DNA of 34,765 nt, from the sequence record SRR31156797_39060, one strand, 5' to 3'. A program made the translations under genes and the position numbers. Positions 27,388 to 34,765 of this stretch are shown in pieces; the stretch's first letter is position 1; the number at the start of each line of letters is the position of its first letter. A model generated the notes under the pieces. That model did no database searches, was not told the DNA's origin, and saw nothing but the letters and a program-made list of their open reading frames with translations.

Positions 27388-28534
27388 TTTTGATGATAGA
27401 AGTGACATTTTCGTTTGGCTCAGCGTCATCTGACGGTGGCATATTGATGCGCTGGTAATAGCAGTATTGATTCTTGCCACTATGTTTTGCGCTGTACATC
27501 GCTTTGTCTGCGCAGCGAGTTAACTCAGGAAGATTATCCGCATCTTGTGGATACAGTGCAGCCCCAACACTTGTGGTGACATTGTTAAGGAGTTCTCGAC
27601 CTTGATAGTGACTACTAAATAGTTCACATATTCGCTGTAGGATATGGTCTAAATCAACCAGTGTATTTACGTCATACAGAAGCAGCACAAACTCGTCCCC
27701 TGCAAAGCGAGCCACTGAATAGTCATCTTTATTGGTTTTTCTATCACTGGTTCTAAGATTGTTTCTTAATCGATGAGCGAAGTTTTTAAGTACTTTGTCT
27801 CCGATATCATGTCCGTAGTTATCATTAATCTTTTTGAAATCATCAATATCTAAAAATACCAAAGCGGTAATTTTCCCGCTCTTCCGAGTTTCTTCAAGTT
27901 TGGCGGTTGCCCATTTCTCAAAGCTCCACCGATTTGCCAACCCGGTTAGCGGATCGGTATATGCAAGTTTTTCAATACCTTCATTGTATAGGGATTGAAT
28001 ATAGTTAATGGCTCTGGAATAGAAGAATGACGCGGTATTGCAAATGGCACATAAGGTGACAAGGCTAATGAAAAAGCGTTGTGCTGAATAGGGATCTGAA
28101 GAGATGTGAACCAAGTCAGTCAGGATGGTGAAGCCGACAAAAGCGCAGAAACTGCAACTGATTAACAAACCGGCGATAAAGGTATTAATAAAGATGAAGG
28201 ATGCGAGTATTGGGAATAGCCATAACAGTCGGTTTTCAAGTTCTGAGCCATAGAGCAATACCATTACACCTTGAGACAGCATTACTACGGAGAGTATTAA
28301 ATCGGCGTGTTTGGGATTTTGAGCTTTAACTAAATAGACGAGATTTAGCGAAGTCACGATGAGGCAAAGTGTATTGAGCACCCCAAACACGTAATAGTTG
28401 GTGATTAGGTGGTAATAGCCATAGATTGTAAACACCACAATAGAAATGACAGAGCTCAGCATAATCACTTTATGCTGTCTTACTGTGCTGAGTGCTGCCA
28501 TCTCTTTTAGCTGATGCCCAACCAATTTTTGCAT
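27368..28534 (-). CDS. Membrane-bound diguanylate cyclase with AGDEF active site (VCA0965-like)
   Basis: About 6 TM segments; DPLTGLANR, DIDDFKKIND and RFAGDEF motifs; ATG 28534 follows AGGA. Confidence 0.88.
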   Translation of the reverse strand: MQKLVGHQLKEMAALSTVRQHKVIMLSSVISIVVFTIYGYYHLITNYYVFGVLNTLCLIVTSLNLVYLVKAQNPKHADLILSVVMLSQGVMVLLYGSELENRLLWLFPILASFIFINTFIAGLLISCSFCAFVGFTILTDLVHISSDPYSAQRFFISLVTLCAICNTASFFYSRAINYIQSLYNEGIEKLAYTDPLTGLANRWSFEKWATAKLEETRKSGKITALVFLDIDDFKKINDNYGHDIGDKVLKNFAHRLRNNLRTSDRKTNKDDYSVARFAGDEFVLLLYDVNTLVDLDHILQRICELFSSHYQGRELLNNVTTSVGAALYPQDADNLPELTRCADKAMYSAKHSGKNQYCYYQRINMPPSDDAEPNENVTSIIKTKGSNT

Positions 28535-28610
28535 TAAGTCTATTATCCTAAACGTATACAAACCCAATTAAAGTTTAGGATAAATACCAAGTGTTGAATT
28601 GCTAAGACAA

Positions 28611-28638
28611 AAAAACAGTGTGATATATTTCACTGTTT
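28611..28638. promoter_or_regulatory. CRP-like site nested in an inverted repeat that can also act as a minus-strand terminator
   Basis: TGTGA-TATATT-TCACT (28619-28634) inside AAACAGTG...CACTGTTT, with an A-run on the left. Confidence 0.6.
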
Positions 28639-28754
28639 TATCTAAACTTCGCTCCCTATTTCTTAGTGCAAAAGTTTATTTTTAAAGCGCTAATATCAAC
28701 CTAATGACCCAAGTATTAATAGCGGGATGATTTCGTTTATTGGGAATCAACGAG

Positions 28755-29873
28755 TTAGTTTGTCTGCTTTGCTACCAGCCCATAAGGTAAGTTGGCGAAT
28801 ACTTTAGGTTGTTTTGAAACCGTTGGTATTGCGTTTACTTGTTGCCAATCTAACAACATGATGGCTAATACATTACGGTGTTCACCGTAACCAAGGTCAA
28901 AATCTCCCGATGTTGAAGGAATCATCCCTTTGTCCCGGTCAATGGACGCTTTAATATGCTCGCGAGTCTTGGTGACGACCTCGTCGTTTTCCAGACCTGC
29001 GAGCAAAAATGAAATGCCCACTTCGGCGACAATATCTTCTTTAGCTTTTAGCAATATCGTATCGATATTTTTGCGGAAGTAGTCGAAGATCCACTGATGT
29101 TCAGTTTCACTAACCTGATGCTGGTAATACTCTGAATCAGCGAAAATGATATGAGTCATGCCGTAAAGCTTATTGCCATATTGCTGATTGGTGAGAAATT
29201 CATCTTTACTGTCTGGGTAAGTTGCACGGAAAGCATCAATAAAAACATCAACCACATCTTGTTCGCCTAGTTGACGTAACCAGTAGACTTGATTGGCTAA
29301 TTGAGCTGCCCAAGCTTTTATCATGCCTTCATCTTGCACATACTTAGAGAAATCATAGCGTCGAATTATTTCCCGCAGTTTTTCGTCTTGTTCATGCTTT
29401 AGCCCGTATTCATTGGCTCTTGCCATCGAACCGAGCAGACCGACCCCAAGGTAAAAGTATTCAGGATTATGCTTTGTCACGTTGTAGCGAAGCTTTGAGC
29501 GAACGTCATCTTTATCTAGGTATTTCTCCAACCGCTTTTGTGTATACAGATAGATCTGTTCTGGCGTATGAATTTCATTGGCATACCGGCTCAATCGGCT
29601 AGCCACACGAGCAAGATCACTCCATATCGCAGCTCGATACTTTTCGTTTGAGGTTTGGCGATACATTCGCAATGCATAGTGACCCTCTTTGAAAGCTGGC
29701 AGGGTGTATAGCTGGCTTTCATAAGTCTCACGTATCATATCGGCAAAGTACTGATTACTTTGCTCTTCTATCGCCGTTTGTGAATCTGAAGACTCAGCGC
29801 AGTTCGAAAGGAAAATCAATAATAATAGAACTGTGGCTAAACCCAAAAGGGTGTGCTTTTTCCGTAAAGACAT
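28755..29873 (-). CDS. Exported or lipoprotein of unknown function, DUF3541-like
   Basis: Basic plus hydrophobic leader ending LSNC; WAAQLANQVYW, YGMTHIIF and EHRNVLA motifs. Confidence 0.7.
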   Translation of the reverse strand: MSLRKKHTLLGLATVLLLLIFLSNCAESSDSQTAIEEQSNQYFADMIRETYESQLYTLPAFKEGHYALRMYRQTSNEKYRAAIWSDLARVASRLSRYANEIHTPEQIYLYTQKRLEKYLDKDDVRSKLRYNVTKHNPEYFYLGVGLLGSMARANEYGLKHEQDEKLREIIRRYDFSKYVQDEGMIKAWAAQLANQVYWLRQLGEQDVVDVFIDAFRATYPDSKDEFLTNQQYGNKLYGMTHIIFADSEYYQHQVSETEHQWIFDYFRKNIDTILLKAKEDIVAEVGISFLLAGLENDEVVTKTREHIKASIDRDKGMIPSTSGDFDLGYGEHRNVLAIMLLDWQQVNAIPTVSKQPKVFANLPYGLVAKQTN

Positions 29874-29979
29874 GGTGAAAATGGAGTAAGAGAACAATAG
29901 CCAGCAGTATCGTTTCGTTTATTGGTATTTGTGTGAGGCATGAGTCAGCAATCTGTGAATTGTTGTGATTCTGCCAAGC

Positions 29980-30585
29980 TTATTGAATATCACGAAAAGT
30001 AAGGTTGATACGACTTTCTTTAGGCTTAGCGGTTTTAGGAACCGAATGTTGCCAGTAGTGCTGCGTTTCACCCGCCATTACCAGTAATGAACCGTGGCTT
30101 AACTCAATTTCATGTTTCTGTTTAGTTTCGATATGACGTAGTAGGAATCTCCTCGATTCACCTAAAGAGATGGAGGCAATGACGGGGTTAAAACCCAATT
30201 CGGTTTCATTGTCCTGATGCCACCCCATTGAATCTTGTCCGTCCCGATAAAGATTCGCCAACACCGAATTAAACTGAGTTTGAGATGCTTGTTCACAAAG
30301 GTTTTTTAAATATAAAAGCGTTGGGGTCCATGGCTCTGGTGTCATCTCCAAGCCCGAGTAAGTGTAATTTTTATCTCCGTGCCAAGCTTGCAGCCTAGGT
30401 TGTAAAACTGTTTTGCCAAACAGTTTAATCGCTTCCTGCCGCCAGTTTAACTCGAGCGCTAGTTTGGAAAACGCGTCATCGGCTTGTGCTGACGGTAAAA
30501 AGTTTGGCACGTATAGCAAGCGACAGTTGGGTAATTTTATCCAAGGTTCAGGCTGAGAATGTTGAGAAAACAGTGAAAGTTCCAT
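29980..30585 (-). CDS. alkB: AlkB-like 2OG-Fe(II) dioxygenase (ALKBH2/3-type)
   Basis: NLYRDGQDSMGWHQD, HSVPK and RINLTFR motifs. Confidence 0.92.
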   Translation of the reverse strand: MELSLFSQHSQPEPWIKLPNCRLLYVPNFLPSAQADDAFSKLALELNWRQEAIKLFGKTVLQPRLQAWHGDKNYTYSGLEMTPEPWTPTLLYLKNLCEQASQTQFNSVLANLYRDGQDSMGWHQDNETELGFNPVIASISLGESRRFLLRHIETKQKHEIELSHGSLLVMAGETQHYWQHSVPKTAKPKESRINLTFRDIQ

Positions 30586-30743
30586 GGGTTATATCCATAA
30601 TCGTATTAATAATTACTATACTTTAGTTTGATAGCGTCAATATATACGCTGAGTAAAGCTTGTGATCATAGGGAGTGACATTTCAATTATAAAATTTAAT
30701 AACGCGGAATGGTGGTTAATCGTCTCACGAATAGGAATACTGC

Positions 30744-32117
30744 ATGAGGGCTATCTCAAGCAAATTATGGGCAGTCAGACTTTTGTTACTCACGTTTATT
30801 CTGATATTCGTTGGGTTAATTGAAACATTCAATTTTAGTCAGCGTAATTTTATTCGTCAGGGACTCTATACCCAAGCGAAAGAAGAGATGTTATCGATTC
30901 GCTATCGTCTTGAAGCGGCTGTTTTAGCCGATATTTATGCTGCCAATAGCATTCAAGCTTTGGTGAGTGTCAGGCCCGATTATGATTTTGTGGACTGGCC
31001 TAAAATTGCAGCCAACGTACTACGTAAAGGCAACCATATCAAAGTTATTGGGGTCGCACCCAATGATGTCATCAAGTTCATCTATCCACTTAAAGAGAAT
31101 CAAGCCGCTTTGGGGTTAGATTATCGAACGGTGCCTGAGCAGTGGGAGTCGATTCAAAAAGCAAAATTCATCGAAGAGATGTTTATTTCCGGCCCGGTTA
31201 ACTTAGTACAAGGGGGGCAGGGGCTAATCGTAAGGATCCCCATTTTTAACGACCCGCCATTAAATCGAGAGTACTGGGGTGTGTGCAGCCTGATTTTAGA
31301 CTTGGGATCGTTGTTTTTTGCGGCGGGTGTTGAAACCTTTGGCTATTCGTACCATTTTGCGATACGCGGCGTTGATAGCTCTGGTGAACGTGGTGAAGTG
31401 TTCTATGGAGAGCAGAGCACCTTTGACAATGCTTTTGCAAAGGAAACGGTGGTGTTCCCTTATGGTAGCTGGGTTATTGCGGCTGCAGACAAACAAGAAA
31501 TATTAGAACAGCTTCCATGGTATCAAACCAATTATGTTCGTGTTTTAGGTTATCCCGTCTTGATCGTGTTGATGTTTGCGGCGTATGCGATATATCGTTT
31601 GTATACCGTGGCAAATGAACGGGCGATGTTTGATGAGCTCACGAAACTCCCGAATCGACGTTACTTTATTTTTACTCTTGAACACTTTTTCGATCTTGCT
31701 GAAAGGTCTAATGGCCAAAATGGCTTTGCTATTTTGAACATCGATTTGGATAAGTTTAAGTCGGTCAATGACGCTTATGGGCATGATGCCGGAGATAAAG
31801 TTCTGATTGCGTGTGCAGAAAGAATTAAATCGGTGTTGCGGGGTTCGGATATCGTTTCGCGTATCGGGGGCGATGAGTTTTTGATTCTGTTGCCAAGAAT
31901 AGTACGCAAAGCTGATGTGGAGAAAATTAGCCAAAACATCGAGCAAGCCATATCTGATCAACCGATTATCTATGAGCGAATTCTACTCAATATTTCAGCC
32001 AGTATCGGGTTTACCGTCTACCAATCGAAGTTTGCTAACATCGATGAGATGCTGAAAGAAGCAGACGAAAACATGTATCTCGTCAAGTATTCAACCGAAC
32101 GTTCAGCCAAGGCTTAA
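30744..32117 (+). CDS. CHASE-domain diguanylate cyclase
   Basis: GLDY and SGPVNLVQGG CHASE motifs; RGSD I-site; RIGGDEF. Confidence 0.92.
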   Translation: MRAISSKLWAVRLLLLTFILIFVGLIETFNFSQRNFIRQGLYTQAKEEMLSIRYRLEAAVLADIYAANSIQALVSVRPDYDFVDWPKIAANVLRKGNHIKVIGVAPNDVIKFIYPLKENQAALGLDYRTVPEQWESIQKAKFIEEMFISGPVNLVQGGQGLIVRIPIFNDPPLNREYWGVCSLILDLGSLFFAAGVETFGYSYHFAIRGVDSSGERGEVFYGEQSTFDNAFAKETVVFPYGSWVIAAADKQEILEQLPWYQTNYVRVLGYPVLIVLMFAAYAIYRLYTVANERAMFDELTKLPNRRYFIFTLEHFFDLAERSNGQNGFAILNIDLDKFKSVNDAYGHDAGDKVLIACAERIKSVLRGSDIVSRIGGDEFLILLPRIVRKADVEKISQNIEQAISDQPIIYERILLNISASIGFTVYQSKFANIDEMLKEADENMYLVKYSTERSAKA

Positions 32118-32140
32118 TGCATTTTACTTAATTTCCTACA

Positions 32141-32261
32141 TTGCAAAATGCACTAAATTCGCAAAATGCAATTCACTTATGAGATTGGTTGTAATGAAAC
32201 CGCCTATTTTGCACGCAAATAAGCCATTTTTTGCCCGAATAAAGTTGGCACGCTACCTGCA
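32141..32261 (+). promoter_or_regulatory. LuxO-binding sites and sigma54 promoter of qrr
   Basis: TTGCAAAATGCAC (32141) and TCGCAAAATGCAA (32159) match TTGCA-W3-TGCAA; TTGGCACGCTACCTGCA at 32245-32261. Confidence 0.92.
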
Positions 32262-32271
32262 TTATTAAAAG

Positions 32272-32381
32272 TGATCCTTTTAAGCCAAAGGATCACCTAG
32301 CCAACTGACGTTGTTAGTGAATTAATTTTTGTTCACACATATCTATAGCCAATCACCTATTTTGTGATTGGCTTTTTTTTT
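32272..32381 (+). ncRNA. qrr: Qrr quorum regulatory sRNA (paralog number uncertain, possibly Qrr3)
   Basis: Conserved core TCACCTAGCCAACTGACGTTGTTAGTGAA; terminator AGCCAATCAC..GTGATTGGCT-T run; sigma54 and LuxO promoter. Confidence 0.97.
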
Positions 32382-32385
32382 AACT

Positions 32386-33909
32386 TTAATCTTGGTCACC
32401 GCAGTTGGAATAGCAGCTTGGTCTTCTAGGGCAAACCGCGCCTCTTGAGCAGATCAGGCGAGCATCATTTTCTATTCCTCGTTCAATCCAATTGATATTT
32501 AATATCCGCGCAATGGTGACGAGATCTTTCTTAATCGGTTTCGGAATCGCCGTAGTGCCCCCACTGGTCACGCAAGATGCTTTCAATTCTTCAGCAATGG
32601 CATTTGCATCATTGCCTTGTGCTGCGATCGCTGGGTTTAAATCGATACCAGCACACAGAACTCGTGTATTGCCCGCAGGGTCGATGACATTGATAGATTC
32701 ACAGCAGTAAATCCGCGGTTCATCGCCGACATTCAATATGGAAATTTGCGCAGAGCTGCCTTGTTGCTGCTCTGACAGTCTGCGAAATACCGCCCAGTGT
32801 TGGCAAGGATCATGGACTTTACGCATGTTACCCCATGGTAGAGGAATACCATTACCGCGATACACCGCTTTTAACTTACCCGGGCCGTAAGCATCGAAAT
32901 AGTGCCAGTGAGGGTAAGGGGATACCACTGTCATTCTACGCATCGCCACCGAGGGCGAAACGCCGGCTTTTTTGTGGACGTCAATCTCATAGCCATTTCT
33001 GTCCAAAAGCTGTCGAAATGGCACTTTAGGACAAAGCAGAGCACCTGCAAAAAAGCTGGATTCAAAGTCTCTCCATGCTTGTAAGATGTCTTGTGAGTTC
33101 AACACCGATGTCGGTTGATGAGCAGAAGATTCTTCCCAAGTATTGGAATGCCCAACAGAAAGCACGTTTTTTAAACCATCTTTACTATGTAAAACGTGAT
33201 GGCCGATATAGACGGCCAAGTCATACTTCAGGCGAGTTGGGTACTGGCGCAATATCTCATTGAGATAAATGGTACCCGGCGGCTCGAAGAAAGAGGTGAC
33301 CAGTTGTTTTGCACTCACACCTAATTCATCAACCACATCGTGCGGTGTACGTTTAACCCAACGAATTTCTAAGCCGAAGCTTTTTGCCATGTCTATGAGG
33401 TCTTCAACCGCGAGATTCAGTCTTTTCTGGCCCACTTCCTCTGCCGCTCGTTCAAGGTCGGGAAAGTGGTTTTGTAAGCTTTCCTGATGAGCCCTAATTA
33501 ATAGGTGGGCAAATTGTCGTCCTGTGATACCGGTTTGCGACAACATTTCAGGGATCGCAATTTGTAAAATGTCGTTGGAGAATAAAAAGCTTGGCTCTAA
33601 CGCCATTCCGTTAATGCCACCCCGGTTGCCTTTTTCCGGAGTGATGTCCGCTTGCTCGGGTTCGTCATCAAGAAACCAGGCGGGATCTTTTTGGAAAACT
33701 TCGGCAATTACTTTAAGCATTTCCACGCTGGGGACACGCTTTCCTCGCTCAATCATCGATAGGTAAGAAACCGACGGCGCATACTCATTGTTAATACGGA
33801 TACAGCGCGCGGAGAGATCTTCCATCGTTAAGTGATTGCGTTTTCTCAAGTTTCTCACTTTGGTTCCAAGAAAGTGAGATTGACGAACTAAGCTTTTTGA
33901 CACGGCCAT
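32386..33909 (-). CDS. XRE-HTH transcriptional regulator with DUF3612-like C-terminus (RamB/ScfR-related architecture)
   Basis: SVSYLSMIERGKR HTH; NHFPDLERAAE; FFAGALLCP; Cys-rich tail. Confidence 0.8.
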   Translation of the reverse strand: MAVSKSLVRQSHFLGTKVRNLRKRNHLTMEDLSARCIRINNEYAPSVSYLSMIERGKRVPSVEMLKVIAEVFQKDPAWFLDDEPEQADITPEKGNRGGINGMALEPSFLFSNDILQIAIPEMLSQTGITGRQFAHLLIRAHQESLQNHFPDLERAAEEVGQKRLNLAVEDLIDMAKSFGLEIRWVKRTPHDVVDELGVSAKQLVTSFFEPPGTIYLNEILRQYPTRLKYDLAVYIGHHVLHSKDGLKNVLSVGHSNTWEESSAHQPTSVLNSQDILQAWRDFESSFFAGALLCPKVPFRQLLDRNGYEIDVHKKAGVSPSVAMRRMTVVSPYPHWHYFDAYGPGKLKAVYRGNGIPLPWGNMRKVHDPCQHWAVFRRLSEQQQGSSAQISILNVGDEPRIYCCESINVIDPAGNTRVLCAGIDLNPAIAAQGNDANAIAEELKASCVTSGGTTAIPKPIKKDLVTIARILNINWIERGIENDARLICSRGAVCPRRPSCYSNCGDQD

Positions 33910-33910
33910 T

Positions 33911-33959
33911 TGTAAAATTCACACTGTAAAATTTTTGTTGTGAAATTGTATCTAAAATT
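33911..33959. repeat. Four 9-bp direct repeats, probable operator
   Basis: TGTAAAATT (33911, 33925), TGTGAAATT (33939), TCTAAAATT (33951). Confidence 0.6.
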
Positions 33960-34066
33960 GCGCTAGTCTACACAATAAGCAAGTCACAAAGTTGAATAAA
34001 AAATAGCCACAACTTTGAGACCGAAGTGCAGGGAATTTGAACGTTAATATCCATGAGGGAAAGACG

Positions 34067-34648
34067 ATGAATATGCTTACATTTGATAAAACAGAAATCC
34101 AAAAACAACATAAACCCTTTATCGCTGAAGCTGTATTCGCCGTCGAGACAGTGAGTGCGAATCAGTCGAGTGAAAAACAGAGTAAAGCTAAACAACTATT
34201 GGATCGTCTGTTTCCGTTGGAAAGTGGTTCTCACCAAGACGTAACCAGCTACATGGTTGATTACCACCATATCGTTGCTTATTTTAAAAATGGCACCCAC
34301 AGTGGGTTGAAACACCCGAAACACTTTGTCGCTTTTACCGGAAACAAAGAACAGCCAAGTTCAGTATTGTTTAAAGATGCAAGTGGTAGCCACCTAGAAG
34401 TGATCCTTGGGCATCACAAAGGCACAGGTTATGTTGAGCTGGTGGACATCGATGATATTCAGTTAGAAACATGCACAACCTTTATGCAGCCGGATGAGAT
34501 TTCAGTTCCAACTGTTGCGATGCGCCACTGGATTAGTTTGGTAAGAGGGGACGAACGTGGTAAACCTCAAGTATGCAGTGAGGACAAGGAGTACGTGGCT
34601 AAATCTGGTGAAGATTACGTATTGAACTACAGCTACGTGCCAGCCTAA
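34067..34648 (+). CDS. Malate synthase G-related short protein
   Basis: LLDRLFPLESGSHQDV..Y and HLEV...IDDIQLE resemble a GlcB segment; only 193 aa. Confidence 0.7.
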   Translation: MNMLTFDKTEIQKQHKPFIAEAVFAVETVSANQSSEKQSKAKQLLDRLFPLESGSHQDVTSYMVDYHHIVAYFKNGTHSGLKHPKHFVAFTGNKEQPSSVLFKDASGSHLEVILGHHKGTGYVELVDIDDIQLETCTTFMQPDEISVPTVAMRHWISLVRGDERGKPQVCSEDKEYVAKSGEDYVLNYSYVPA

Positions 34649-34682
34649 CTGTATTCCAACCTGTATTAAGTTCTGCTTGTAT

Positions 34683-34708
34683 ACCTCCCTAATGGGAGGT
34701 TTTTTTTT
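34683..34708 (+). terminator. Intrinsic terminator
   Basis: ACCTCCC-taat-GGGAGGT followed by a T run. Confidence 0.9.
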
Positions 34709-34765
34709 GAGTGTCAGCAAATAAGCAATGTTGAGGATTAAAAAGGCATGACGCGATTTCTGCCA

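Noticed and set aside
2398-33766. Numerous short ORF-track entries antisense to or nested in long genes
   Set aside because: Shadow frames of well-supported genes with no recognisable motifs.
5006-34066. Longest-ORF starts such as 5006, 10946, 13097, 15694, 19082, 22661, 28567, 29897 and 34037
   Set aside because: Downstream ATGs with better RBS or family-typical N-termini were preferred.
1-34765. Mobile elements, CRISPR arrays, integron cassettes, defence systems
   Set aside because: No recombinase or transposase genes, no regularly spaced repeats and no VCR/attC-like repeats seen; gene content is core-like.

Overview
Core (non-mobile) Vibrio chromosome-II-type region of about 34 protein genes. 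From recalled V. cholerae gene order, the left part follows the MCP-pstSCAB2-cdgA-sulP-shyA block. The right part follows the ribN-ohrAR...ppnP-pirin-AGDEF cyclase-alkB-CHASE cyclase-qrr-XRE regulator block. No transposase, integrase, phage gene, CRISPR array, tRNA or rRNA is visible. The interesting material is non-coding: (1) a candidate ~99-nt sRNA at 18155-18253 (minus strand) with a full sigma54 architecture (-24/-12, IHF site, two NtrC-like enhancer sites), two hairpins sharing an AGGCA loop, and a strong terminator; (2) a Qrr quorum-sensing sRNA with sigma54 and LuxO sites and a variant first stem-loop; (3) an RBS-occluding hairpin and CRP site before the AGDEF cyclase; (4) two tandem ARG-box pairs implying a COG3314 transporter is ArgR-controlled; (5) a 46-aa small ORF below the ORF-track cutoff; (6) a PruR-like pterin-binding protein coupled to a diguanylate cyclase. 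Ortholog names come from motif recognition and remembered synteny, not from database searches.
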